Of a DNA stretch of 64,000 bases, positions 25,105 through 38,800 are shown piece by piece; within the stretch, counting starts at the first letter, position 1; each line of letters starts with the position of its first letter. Position numbers and translations under genes: made by a program. Source of the DNA: Octopus vulgaris (Eukaryota). The stretch covers positions 66,030,001 to 66,094,000 of the forward strand of contig OX597824.1 in assembly GCA_951406725.2 (NCBI GenBank), written 5' to 3'. The notes beneath the pieces are model-generated. The model ran no database searches and was not told the DNA's origin. It worked only from the letters and a program-made list of their open reading frames with translations.

Positions 25105-25335
25105 TTAATGACTATTGAAGCGCGCCAGCACGCTTGCAGCGTTGCCGCGGGTGATGGCGAGGTTGATGCGCTGGAACAAGTGAGCGTCATCACGAGCTTC
25201 ACCAGATACCTCTTGAAGGCAAGCTACCAGAGAAGACAGGAATCACGCAGTCAGTGGTCCGACCCTACCAAACGTCTCGAATGCCACAGGATGGAAAATG
25301 TAGTTGACCGATAGATCGCGGCACTTTGTTGTTAA
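25105..25335 (-). mobile_element. CRE-like RLE non-LTR retrotransposon, C-terminal fragment
   Basis: Minus frame YIFHPVAFETFGRVGP...LFQRINLAITRGNAASVL* with one internal stop; resembles the CRE-clade C-terminal motif. Confidence 0.75.
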
Positions 25336-25574
25336 TCTTTAGTTCTACAAAGTTGTTTTATGAGGTAAAACAATATAAATTATTCAGATTTTTCATATGT
25401 AAAATATCAGAATATTTCATTTATTTATTTGAAGTAAAATAAGCGTAATTATTCGATTTTTTTTTTTTGTAAATCAGGCGTGAACAAAAAATGAGTTTCG
25501 ACGTTTAGCAGCTGACTTAATAGAATCCTACAAGATTAAACACAAACTTTGGCTATTTTTTGAAATTTAATATC

Positions 25575-25750
25575 TCTACTACTCGTCCCGTCGACATGCA
25601 TAAAAATCTAAAAACACCGTAGCACCCATGATTTCGGAAACATTTTTTCACACTCCAAATTGTCGAAGCATGGAATAAACTATGTGTCAGCTGTGTGTAC
25701 ACATGCACACGTATTCTTCAAATATTCTATGCTTCTGATATTCAACACTA
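25575..25750 (+). mobile_element. Old CR1 3' ORF fragment
   Basis: cccatgatttcggaaacattttttcac...gaagcatggaataaact matches the CR1 above. Confidence 0.7.
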
Positions 25751-26779
25751 CCGCTGATGGGTTAACATGCAGTTAACCGTTGTAAAAAAAGTGAAAGTAA
25801 ACTGTCCAAAAAATAAAAGTAAATTGTGATAGAAACCGGAAGTAATATCAGTGACATGCCAAAATTTCTTCAAAAGAACGATGAACTCCCACGTTATACT
25901 ATGATACACTTGCATACTTACACAAGTGTGTCCACTCCATCTTTGTTTCCTCATGACATTCAGAAAAATGGATATTTTTAATGAAATTTTCTACAAATAC
26001 TTTTCAGATGGTGTAAATTACGATTATATTGGAAGTTTTAAAAAATTTTGCTTATTGTTTACTTTATTACCCGGTCATGAAAACAAAAGAGAAAAAAAAA
26101 AAAAAGCTAGTGCAACAGGCGTAAAAAAATGTGTATGAAACAAATATGAAAACAAAAATGCGGGCAAACCAACCGGAGTGGGGAGAGGACTTTCAGAAAC
26201 TTCCCAAGATCCGAGTTTTTCCCTCATAACTTTTAGGAAAATGGCTTTTTCTAATGAAATTTTTTATATAAATACTTTTCAAACTGCATAGATTATGATT
26301 AAAATAAAATTGGTAAATTTTGATCCTTTCACCCACATGATTTTCTCTAAGGAAAAAAAAATTCGAATTTTTTGCATGGAATCAAGTACCCTGATCTAAT
26401 ATGCTGCAAATCCCTTGTTTTTGTTTGGAAAAAAAAGGGGTGGGGGAAACTGGATCCCACCCACATCCCGGAATCTTGGGAAATTAAAAAAAATTTTCAT
26501 TGAATGAATTACGGTGACCTAATATACTACAAAACCTTTTTTGGGGTCCGGAAAACGGCAGGACAGGGTGGAAACCTTGGAAATTTCACTCCCACCCCCA
26601 TTTTCAAATATTTTTTGCTCTTTCTTTCTTTAATAATTGCTTGTGAACTTAAGGATCATTGGAGTGCATAAAATTTTCTGGCTGTTTCAAGGCATGTCAG
26701 CCATCTAAAATATGACAGAATTAGCCAGGGGCAACAAGCCTTTCAGTTAATAGTAGCTGTCAAGTTTCATCAGTTCTGG

Positions 26780-27150
26780 ATAATTTGAAGTAGCACTTTT
26801 TCGTTCCATGTTCAATACCTCCAAACATCCAGTAATGTAGGCCACATGTCATCAGTAAAAAAAAAAAATGAAACTTAATGAATTGGTTTATGCAATTACA
26901 TCAACTGCATATTTCCATAGGTAACTGTCTCAATGTTCCTTATGTGAAATTTGTCTGACAGGCTCTCCATGCCGTTTGCATGCACAACTGTTGTGAATTA
27001 ATTGGCGTTTTGTGCACCATTCAATACAATTAACATCTAATTCCAGAGCTTGTACCAAATCAACAACTGTCCAATCTTGGTGTTTAACAGCAATGTTCAG
27101 TATCTTGTTTGGGTCGACAGTAGCAATTTTCGCATGTGGTTGTCCAGCAA
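26780..27150 (-). mobile_element. Merlin/IS1595-like transposase N-terminal remnant
   Basis: CIEWCTKRQLIHNSCACKRHGEP...D.YLW resembles the N-terminal Cys region of ISXO2/Merlin transposases; stops present. Confidence 0.45.
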
Positions 27151-27819
27151 TGAAACAAATGATAATTTTGGATTATAAAAGGATAGTCTATTATGTATAA
27201 GCTATCAACATTTTGTTGTGACTCACTATTCTATCAGAGAATCTTGCCTCTCACAATATAAAAAAAACATCTCATGGCGCCAGCAGACAAAATGGAAAAG
27301 GCATTGCTCCAGATGATAGTGAGGGAGATGTGCTGGAAAAGACTATAAAAGCCAAAGAAGATTGTCCACTAGATTTAACTTCTGTGGATTTGCATGTGAC
27401 AATGTAGGCCAATGTAGGATCTATAATTTAAGGGACGCTTGTAGGTGGTTTTGAGATAGCAAGGGGTCTGAGACAATTAGAGGTAGCAAACCCTTGATGG
27501 TATATGATACATTTCTACCTGCTCCACTGGACTTTGGATTTCATTGTAACCCAGGTATGAGGCCAGAAAGGTTATTAATACCTACCTAGCATGCCACCTT
27601 GAGTCGACAAAGAAAGAATGACAATGTCCTCTTCACGGGTTGATTCTGACAAGTGCCCTTCCTTCTCCTTATGCATATTATACTTATTTTTTAAAAATTC
27701 AAAATGGAAAATATGTAACTGTCGAGGCCAGTGTGTTTTTCTGAATATTCCAGTCAATTGGAGTTTTTATAATTTATGTATTTCTATTATATTGGAATCG
27801 AAATTGAATTCACTCAAAA

Positions 27820-28155
27820 ATCAATGGAAATTGTAGTTGTGATACCAGTGCCGGTGGCACGTAAAAGAACCATCCAAACGTGGCCGTTGCCAGCGCTGCC
27901 CTGACTGGCCTCCATGCCGGTGGCACGTAAAAAGCACCAGCCAATCGTGGCTGTTGCCAGCCTCACCTGGCACCGTGCTGGTGGCATGTAAAAAAGCACC
28001 CACTACACTCATGGAGTGGTTGCCGTTAAGAAGGGCATCCATCTGTAGAAACACTGCCAGATCAGACTGGGCCTGGTGCAGCCTCCTGGCTTCCCAGACC
28101 CCAGTCGAACCGGCCAACCCATACTAGCATGGAAAGCGGACGTTAAACAATGATA
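27820..28155 (+). mobile_element. SINE family 3 (GTGCCGGTGGCAC internal repeats, GAT tail)
   Basis: Repeated gccggtggcacgtaaaa units, 3' gcatggaaagcggacgttaaac; copies at ~1125-1350, 20905-21200, 46245-46420, 60955-61215. Confidence 0.8.
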
Positions 28156-30832
28156 TATATCCAAAAGTCACATATGTGCAAATACAGACATTCATATAGC
28201 TTAAATGTATGGAATAGTCCAAATTATTGATTTCGTGTGTTTTCATACTTGTTTTTGTGTACTTCTAATTTTGAATTAAAAATGAGTCGAGATGATGTTG
28301 TAATCTTGGCACCCAGCCTGTACAAAAATGAAATATTCTTAAAAGACAAACAAACAAGATAACCTAACCAAATTTAAGAAGGAAGAAATCGTGAAAGTGC
28401 AATTAATGTTAAGATTTAATGGATGAGCATAAAGTCAAAACTATGGCAGTTCTAGTTGAAAAATTACAATTTCCACTGAAGATTTATTTTTGCCTTTTAA
28501 ACCATAAAATATAATTTGCCATTTTGATAAACGATCCAGTGGTATGAAGACTATTTAGAAGAAATAAGTGTTAATAAAATGCTCTTTAAAGCTAATGGTG
28601 TGTGATTTGATGAAAAATAGGCTGTTATCTCTAGCAGATTGAGCCTCTTTAGAAGTTGGTGAAATAAAAAAAGAATTAAAAAAAAATTAACTGAACATAA
28701 AATTTATTTTATTCTTGAGTTAGCTGGAATTTCCTGACTATCATTCGCTACAGCGGATCTAGTTTGTTTCATTCACAAAATCAGTCCCCTTTAATTTTGC
28801 TCAGACTGTTTTAAATTTTGGTGTATGGATGCAGTTCTGAATTTTGATTCTGCTCAGCTAATTTATCTTTATCTCATAAATTAAAGAATCTGATGTTACT
28901 TGGAATTAAAGTTGGGAAATTTACTACAGACGGCCATCGGATGTGGTCAACAATCTTGAAGGATGTGGTAAACTTGTTGGTCAGAGTCAACTCAACCCAC
29001 CCTAGGTGAATGCACTACTGAAAAAAATCAAGGTAATTTTTCATTGGTGTGCCATTCAAAGTCCCACAGACCACATTTTGCTCATGATTGCTCAACTAGA
29101 AACAGCAGCCAAATCTCCCTTAAATCACAACCTATTGTCTTGGAGAAAAGAACTGACACACTGAATAGTGTAGTCATACTAATATTAAAATGGGATAAGG
29201 TGGTGAGCTGGCAGAATCTTTAGTATGCCAGGCAAAATGCTTAGCAGCATTTTGTCTGTCTTTACGTTGTGAGTTCAAATTCCACCGAGGTCAACTTCCT
29301 CTTTCATCCTTTTGGGGTCAATAAAGTAAGTACTAGTTGAGGACTAGAGTTGGTGTAATCAACTTACCCCTTCCCCGAACTTGCTGACCTTGTGCCAATC
29401 TTTGAAACCAATTTTAGAACAGGATGGTTGAGACTGAAATGCAGTGGGTCATGCATCGGTCAGCTCAGTCAGGTTTGACATGGGCCAAAACAACAATTAC
29501 TGCATTCATAGCTTTCAAAAACAGATCTGATGGTGAAAAAACAAAGAAGTAAAATGCCCAGACTAACATATTCCATTCCCATATAATAAATAAACCACTG
29601 CAGTTTGGAGTACAAAGTATGGTCCTCCATCAGAAGACATGATATCTTTACAATTAAGCATTATCTACAAATCACATCTCATCATTTAAATGATTCACAT
29701 GCATTATAAGGCTGCTAGATCATGATTGACCTGGGGATTTATCAGGAGCAACACTAATAAGAAAAAATATTGATTTCTTGTTTTTGTTTTCTATTGATTT
29801 CTTCCTATCAGCAGTACATATATTTTTGAACATTACTACATGAAAATGAAATATATTAGCCCAGACGACTGGCACAAGGCCATAGATTTCTAAAGGAGGT
29901 GTATAGTTGAGCAATTCTCAAAGAAATAAATATCAGTCCCATCCCAACCCATCCCCAAGAATATTAGTAAAATTATTTTACACCCCACCCTTTATTAATG
30001 TGAACATAAAATAGACTATGCATACATATAAATCTCTTTTATTTGTTGGACAGATCTTAAAAGTTGGAAACCATATTACTTGTATTAAAAAATGATATGT
30101 CTGTCCTCTTTTCCATTCTCGTAGCCCCTATACACGTTCTGCTCTCAATGAGAAACATTGATACAGTAGTCTGAATTGATTCTCAGTGTATGTACAGAGA
30201 CAAATGCCAAAACTAAATGTTGTAAAGTGTTTAGTTTGTAAAATACCAACAAAAGAAACAGGAAAGGTCATTAAGGAAATTGTCATAATTTTGCTGGTGA
30301 GACAAATAAGCAGATCCCACTATTTTAAAAATGGAACAATGAACAATAGGGTCTAAGATGCATTACACCTGCAGCAGTGTATAACATTTGAAAATGTTCT
30401 GACAGTAAGAAGGATTTTAAAATTATTCACCAAATTTCACTCAAATCACTTCTTGTGATTTGAAATGACATTTCTAACTTTGGTACATTTCGCAGACCAT
30501 AAAAGCACAGATTATATATGATTTTTTTTTTGGTGGGGGTTACATTCATTTTTCTATGTTTGCATGGGTTGGATGAATATATTATTTGAGGCATCCTTTT
30601 ACAGGCAGGTGCCCTTTCTGGTGCTACCCTTACCTGTTTTTCAAGTAAGAAAATAGTGGACGATTTGTTGACAAGAGCAACTAACAACACAGTCCACAGC
30701 AATTTCATACAAATGATCACAGATGTACTCCACACACAATCATCATTTAAAGTCCATTCTCCATGCTGGTATGGGTTGGACGGTTTGGCAGGAGCTTGCT
30801 GGAGAGCTACCCAGATTTTGTTTGTATGTTTT

Positions 30833-31215
30833 GGCGCAGGAGTCGCTGTGTGGTAAGTAGCTTGTTTACCAACCACATGGTTCCAGGTTCAGTCCCACTG
30901 CGTGGCACCTTGGGCAAGTGTCTTCTACTATTGCCTTGGGCCAACCAAAGCTTTGTGAGTGGATTTGGTAGACGGAAACTGAAAGAAGCCCGTCGTATAT
31001 ATGTATATATATATGTATGCGTGTGTTTGTCCCCCTAGCATTGCTTGACAACCGATGCTGGTGTGTTTATGTCCCCATTACTTAGCGGTTCAGCAAAAGA
31101 GACTGATAGAATAAGTACTGGGCTTACAAAAGAATAAGTCCCGGGGTCGAGTTGCTCAATTAAAGGCAGTGCTCCAGCATGGCCGCAGTCAAATGACTGA
31201 AACAAATAAAAGAGT
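30833..31215 (+). mobile_element. SINE family 2 nested in a family 3 SINE
   Basis: Full-length copy interrupting the ccatgctggtatgggttggacgg...gccaaccact element. Confidence 0.8.
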
Positions 31216-31912
31216 ATAGTTTCTATGGCTGGTTGCCCTTCCTAATGCCAACCACTCTACAGAGTGTACTGGGTGCTTTAAACATGCAAGCAGTACAGGC
31301 ACTGGCATGGGTGCTTTTATGTGACACCAGCACCCACAAGCCTGCAAGACTAGGATCTCTCTGTTGAGAGAGGGATGTAGAGGACATTCCTGCATGCATA
31401 GATGGCTACAATTTTACTTTACTTGACATGTCTTCTCAAGCACAGCAAACAACCAGAAATCTCGACCCCTTGTCATCTCCTCTTGTCACACACACATACA
31501 CAACAGTCTTCAATTTTCAACCACCAGATCCACTCACAAGGTTTTGGTTGGCTTCAGGCTATAGTAGAAAGCATTTGCTGTTCAGAGGGACTGAACCTGA
31601 TGTTAAGTGACTGAAATTCAGAATTTGATTGATACCCTCCATGCCACATAGTTCCATTGACCTTTGAGGGTCTATTTATGAATCCCTGATCTAGAACTAC
31701 ATTATCCATTTAGTCCTTCCTTTTTAAGGCAATAATATGTAATATGAAGGAAATTTAGCTGGTATTTCTTGCAGGTCGTATGATCAAGTAGAGCTTTTCT
31801 TCTGGGGATAACCAAAGCAGAGGCAGGCAAATACTTTGCCAAAGTATCATAGTTATTATTCTTATGTAGCTTATTGATAGTGTATAATTTAGTACAGAGT
31901 TATTGCTTGGAA

Positions 31913-33221
31913 ATAATGTGGTTAATAACAATAATAAGTTAATTAAGTTGGTGATGATATATTTAATGCAGTGAGCATTAAAAAGTTAATATGGAATAGT
32001 CATTCAGTGAGGTAAAAACAATATAAGTCAATAGTTCATATTTTAATTATCCTTAATAAGTATGGAAGACAACTCTGAACATTATACCTCAGTGAATCTT
32101 ATTATTGTACCTCAGTATATATTCCAAAGTAGTGATCTGAAAATCACTAAGTAAATATACACTAGTTGATGTAGAAAATCAACATATTTAAGAGAATAAA
32201 TTACTCGAAGATGTCACCAACATAAAAAGCAATAATTAAGTCAGTGCTAACCTGTTTAATGCAGTGAACATGAAAAAGCTAAATCTACTTTGAGGTAGAT
32301 ATGTTTCATGCTGATGAGACAGTGTTGTGCAGGTGGAGGCAGGAGCTGTATAAGTTAGATCTTGTTACAGTAACACGCTGTTTATCTTTAACTGTTTAGC
32401 ATTGAGATTAGTCTGTCAAATGTAATGTTTATTTATTCACATTGTCTCAAATTAATCATGCATTATCTTGTAGCTCCAAAATTTTGAGATGTAATTGTTA
32501 TTTTTAGAATGACATTAGAGGATAGGTGAGAGAAGGCAAATCTGACAGGTTTCAAGTAGACTATTTGGGCCTAAAATGGGCCTGATATAGCTGGTTTAAA
32601 TACTATTGAGTTAAATATATTCTTTTTCTTTTCATGTTAGTTATGTCAGTATAAGTTGATAGAAGTTGTTTTACATTAACAGTAAAAAATTCCCAAAGGA
32701 TACCATCTATAGGAAGAACAATTGAGAACTAAATGTATAATCAATAAAAATTACACTGCCAAGACAGCTCTCCAATGTCATAAAAACAGAAATCATTAGC
32801 ATTAATGATAATTCATACCAATGGCTAGACAGAAAACTGCAATATGAAACTGATTAACAATTAAAAAAGTGGTATATAATAGGAATGAAATATGTATGGT
32901 GGCAACTCTGGATATATTTCTATCTTATGAGATCTATTCAGCTAAGCATAGTCTTACTCATACTTACCATAACTACAGGAAAAAAAAACATTCACTGATT
33001 AAATAATTAAAAATCTCTCCAAAAACATGGGATCCCTTCTACATGGAGAACATATGGTTAAGTGGGAACTAAAATAGTTCATATAATGTGGTTAATAACA
33101 ATAATAAGTTAATTAAGTTGGTGATGATATATTTAATGCAGTGAGCATTAAAAAGTTAATATGGAATAGTCATTCAGTGAGGTAAAAACAATATAAGTCA
33201 ATAGTTCATATTTTAATTATC
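31913..33221 (+). repeat. Exact 139-bp direct duplication (31913-32051 = 33083-33221)
   Basis: Identical by eye from ataatgtggttaataac to catattttaattatc. Confidence 0.9.
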
Positions 33222-33637
33222 ATATTTTAATGAGTCATCCCAAATTTTTAATCAAAATTACATCTGTAATGAGGGAAAAATACTTTAATATTAATGCTTA
33301 ACGATAGTTAAAAACAAGGGGACAACTCTGAAATTCAAACTGATTAACATGGTTTTCCCCTCAAATTTGATATATTTTTCAATGTCAACCTCAATTTCAT
33401 TATTGCCAGTCTTGATTACTTTGTCTATCTCAATATCATCATCATTAACTTAAATTTTGTCACTGTAGGATAGAGTGGATTTTTTTATGAACAGACACTG
33501 AGACTGGTGATCACTTGTTGCAGAGTTGTAAAAGAATGTAAATATTAAAAAGTTTTGTGAAGGATTACAAGTTTTGTACAATAAAATTTGTACCCTACAT
33601 TAATATAAAAATACATTTAAAACTACATACTCTACTA

Positions 33638-33890
33638 CAGTGTTTCTCAACCATTTTTTACCTATAGGCTCCTTTGATTCCTATATTACTCTGATGTACC
33701 CTCATAACCACTGTTTAAAAAATCATTTTATATTTTTATAACTAAATAATATTAGGAATTGTATAAAAAGAATTGTTAAAATATTTTGTGTATTGTAGCA
33801 GAATAACCAATTTATTGCAGATAAATTTTTACAACAAAATCTTACATGGACTCCCCAAAGGGCCATACAGACCCTAGTTGAGAATCACCG
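33638..33890. mobile_element. hAT (Charlie-like) MITE
   Basis: CAGTGTTTCTCAAC...GTTGAGAATCACCG inverted termini. Confidence 0.65.
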
Positions 33891-34782
33891 CTGTATTGTA
33901 TACATATAAACAGGACAAAGACAAAAATAAATAATATCATTTTAGCCTTTAATTCATTATTCCCATTTCTTAACTCTCTTAACACATTCCTCAAAAATTC
34001 TGCGCAGTCATTAACCATCTTTAGCAATCAACATATTTACATAAATATATTGATCAATGCCAGGCTGTCTGTGATTACTTAAGGTGATTGCACTAGAATT
34101 TTTTCAGTTTTACATCTTATGTACTAAAATTTTTTATTTAGATATATATTTTTACAGGAGGAAAAGGAAACAAAAACATTAAAAATATATAAGATGACAT
34201 TATTGAGAAAACCTCTTCAAGAACTACCTCACCAAGGAAACAAAAAAGAAAGAAGAAAAAGATGGAAGGGAGTAACAAGTTGTACACTCCAGACCAAATG
34301 GCATGTTCAGCCATGCCTCACAGACAAGATTACAAAGGTGTTGCTGCAGAGAATGACCAGCAACAGCCACCCCACTTTGCGGTGTTCATTTCTCAGATGG
34401 GTCACTGTTATCCCAGTTTTACAGAGGAAATGTGACAGTTTCTCTTATCTTTTATTTGTTTCAGTCATTGAACTGTGGCCATGCTGGGGCACTACACATG
34501 CATATACTGTAGGTTTTCACATAGTTTCTGTCTACCAGATTTATTCACAGCGCATTGATCAGCTTGGAGCTATTGTAGAAGACACTAGCCCAAGGAACTG
34601 AACCTGAATCCAAGTGGTTGCTAAGCAAGCTTCTTAACCACACAGCCACAAAACTTTTTAAATTGACCAAATCTGTTACGTTGAGAGAAGTTAGATAAAC
34701 CGGCCTACCCCTCTATAATATTAACTGGTCTACATCTTAGAGTGTGCTTTTCCTCTGGATTTATGTATTTCTACAAACAAGA

Positions 34783-34808
34783 TATATATGTATATATATA
34801 GTACTCAC

Positions 34809-34887
<79 letters not shown>

Positions 34888-34942
34888 TATATATATACAC
34901 ATACATATCTATCTGCCTGTCTGTCTATCTATCAATCTATCT

Positions 34943-34975
<33 letters not shown>

Positions 34976-35020
34976 CACACACATACACACACACACACAC
35001 ACATACATGCATACATACAT
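34783..35020. repeat. Compound (TA)/(CA)/(TC) microsatellite
   Basis: Direct inspection. Confidence 0.95.
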
Positions 35021-35808
35021 GGTCTGCTATAGAAGAGTTGTTCTTGTGCTGGTGCCACATAAAAAGCACTCGGTACTCTTTGTAAATAATGTTGTTAATA
35101 AGGGAATCCAACTAGAAACCATATCAAAGCAGACTTGGCACAGTCTGCTGACTCATCAGCTCCTGTCAAACTGTCCAATGAATGCAAGCATGGAAAATGG
35201 ATATTAAATGGTGATGATGATGATGATGATGATGATGAGATATATATAGACCAAAAGCAGGCAATACTTTTATTTTAGAGATTTATTAAAAAAACAAAAC
35301 AAAAACAAACTTTGAAATTTGTCATGTAATATTGTCTGTTAATAAAATAATATACAGTTAATAAAATAATTAGGAAAATACCAAATGTTGATTTAGCCAC
35401 AACTCAAAAATCTTAACAAATTCATTTAGGACTAATGAAAATCCAGAGCTGTGAAAAAGTATTATTTTTTATCTTAAATTATGTTTTAGTGCTATAAAAT
35501 TTTTCTTGTAACCTATGTACTATGTACTTATTCTATTCATAAAAAAATGTCCTTAACTGGATTAAATCCTAAATGTCAGCGATAAGTTGTAAATAACATT
35601 TATAATGGTTTGAACTTATTAACCTCATCTGCAGTGTTAAGAAAATCATCAATATTTTTGTCTTCATATTTTGATTGATTTGATCTTCAATCAGTATCTG
35701 GTGGTATTATTTTTAGATTTGTGCATAATCTCAGCAGATTTGAACAATTAGATACTTCTAAAAATCATAATCTGGATAAACCTGACCTAATGTGAGATAT
35801 TTGTGGAT

Positions 35809-35847
35809 TCAAGCATAGGAACTGTTTGATATGCATGACTTGAAGTC
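35809..35847 (-). CDS. SPATA17: SPATA17-like copy A exon 10 (DFKSCISNSSYA*)
   Basis: ttttatttttcag acceptor; starts DF like copy B; possible +1 frameshift near 35826. Confidence 0.78.
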   Translation of the reverse strand, partial: DFKSCISNSSYA

Positions 35848-38800
35848 CTGAAAAATAAAAAATTCAATGATACAATAAAATTCATGTAGAGGGAAGATTT
35901 TACATCTATTTCTTTTACTACCCACAAGGGGCTAAACATAGAGGGGACAAAGAAGGACAAACGGATTAAGTTGATTACATTGACCCCTGTGCGTAACTGG
36001 TACTTAATTCATCAACCCCGAAAGGATGAAAGGCAAAGTCGACCTCAGCAGAATTTGAACTCAGAACGTAAAGGCAGACGAAATATCTGAGTTTAGAATA
36101 ATAAATGAAGTACTTGGATGTAATACAGAGAAACAGCTTGATTTAACCCTTTAGTATTTAAACCGGCCATATCCGGCCAAAATATTTAATCTGTTTTGTG
36201 TCCAAACTGACCAGATCCAGGCTCTCACACCTACCCTACAATGTTATTCTACATTAGGTAATTACAACATCAAGATCTTGAAGATATGAGATAATGCATG
36301 ATTAATTCAAATCAATGGGAATCAATAGGCATTATGTTTGATAGAATAATCTGAACACTAAAGGGTTAAAGGAAGACAACTGTTACTGTTGTTTAACAGA
36401 AAAGTCAGATCTGGTTGAGCAGATATATGATCAATAGTGTTTCAGCTATGATCAACACATTTTTTTTTTTGCACATAGTGTGTCAAGGATGACATTAACT
36501 TGTATTCTCGCTATCTTTTTTAAAACAAAAGGGTATGATTTAAGAGAGATTTGGTTATTTCTCACCAATTGAGCTACCATATTCATTCATTGACTCATTG
36601 TTGCTGTTTAGTTGCATTGCCAGAGTTCTTGAGCTCACCTATGATCAAAAAATTTTCTTGACATGGATATTCCATATTTAAATTTTGAGGCTTAGTCTAT
36701 CTAGGACTATATTATCTTACATGTTCTTTTGTTTTAAAGAGTACTGTGATTTGAGGGAGATTTGATTACTACTACTACTTGCAGATTGAATAATTGCATA
36801 AATGTTTTCTCATTGGCTTGAGGTAGACACCTATTTTAGTATATAAAGTTAGGGAGATATTGGCTCTCTTACCTTGTCTGATATGAATAATTTGTGGTTC
36901 GTCTCTCTGAAGTACTTCATGCCATATGGTCTGTGACCATATTCAGACTTTGTATGGAGAAGAGGTTGGTATTTTGTTGGGTAGTTTTTAGCTGATATGA
37001 AACTGGAAAAGATATTAAAAGACTGAAGTTAATATCAAGTTTATTTTGAAGCTTATAGTTTAAAAAATTTCTCGAGATGAAAAACAAATCTTATCAAGAT
37101 TTATCTCCGCATGCTTGATTAACAATATGTATTTCTTCTATTTTACAACTGATTTCAAGGACAATGGACTGCAAAAAAAAATTCTTGCATAATATAGAAA
37201 TAAAATAAATAAATTGAACTCTTCATGTATGTAAAGGAAAGCCTTTTCCCATTTATAATATTAAGGTAAAATATTCTTAAAACTGAAAATCGAAAAGGAA
37301 AATAAGAGTATCGATATACAACTTAGATCATAACAGTGTTGACTCTTCTTTTATGATTGTCTGGGGAAAAGGGATGTTGTTACTAGATCAGAAGGCTGGA
37401 GTAGAGGTATGAAAATTTAATGTAGTGTAAAATATATATATATAAGGAGAAGAGAAATTTTTAACAGTTCTTCAGAATCATTTTTACACTAGATTAGAAC
37501 AGAAATATGTAAAATGGGAGATTTATATCAAACTTACTTATCATCATGGAGTCTTTTTGCCCATTCTTCCATTTTTAATTCCTTTCTTGCTTTTTCTAAA
37601 GAATCAAAACTAGTTTCTACACGAAGTGTGGGTTTCAGAGGTTTGTAGCGCTGCAACTGTACATTTGCAGGATCAAGGAAAGGACCCTGAATATTTGAAG
37701 ATAAATAAAAAGAAAATATCAGTAATTATAAAGATTTATTCTGACTAAGCATACAAAAGAGGAGGAAGTTTCACTCAAAATTTAAAATCCAAGGGGGCCA
37801 TTAGTATGTTACATTGCATTTGAATAGACTATTAATCCTTAATCTTTATGACTTTGTAGTGTATGGGAGATCAAGTGAAAAAAAAATCAACTGGCACACT
37901 ATGCATGGAACATTAAAACCTACTGGTACATTTCATATAGAAAGATATAAAAATTTCAGAATTGGAAAGTGTGAGTGTGTGTGTGCATGTGTGGTATCTA
38001 AAACTGTATGTGTAGAGTGTAGAAGTGTGTGCACGGCTCAATGAATCATCTGTGTATGCTAGCTGGTGAAATTATCCTGGTTTGCTTGCTGTAATTGGTT
38101 ATGATGTGGTATTCTTTTACTGTTTTTAATCATTGGACTGCAGCCATGCTGTGGCACTGTCTTGAAGAGTTTAGTCAAACAAATCGACTCTAGTACTTAT
38201 TCTACTGAGCTCTTTATGGGTATTTAAACAAACTAACAGTGCTGTGGAAGACAAACACCGACACATATATATCATGATCATAATCATTGTTTTAACATAC
38301 ACTTTTCCATGCTTGCATGAGTTGGCTGGAATTTGTTGAGATAGATTTTCTACAGCTGGATGCCCTTCCTGTCACCAATCCTCACCTGTTTCCTAAGAAG
38401 ATAATATTTCTCCTAGACCAAATGTCTTGGTAGGCTGGAAACAAAGGACACTGCCTGAATGACAATTGACAATGACACTTTTTTTTATTTCCCAGTTTTT
38501 ATTTCCTACTTCCTGTATGAAGCTCTTGTGGTCCTGCATTCCTTATCAGTTGCAGCCAGTTTTACTAACATAAATAATGTAAATCTTTACTGTCTCTTCA
38601 ATTTCACTCCAATCAACCTTTTGTTGAAGGACTCAGAAAGACTCTTTTTGAAATGTTGGATTTTTCACTTCCCATAGCAAGTTCTCTGTACTCTTGTTGA
38701 CTTTACTAAATATTACAAATCTTGCCAACACAGACCAAAACCAATCTTTTTGGATTCTGTTTGTATCTTTTATTTTTTTTTTAGTTCTTGGACAGTATCC

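Noticed and set aside
27838-27995. CRISPR-like repeat-spacer array (gccggtggcacgtaaaa units)
   Set aside because: These are internal subrepeats of a eukaryotic SINE with related spacers; no cas genes.
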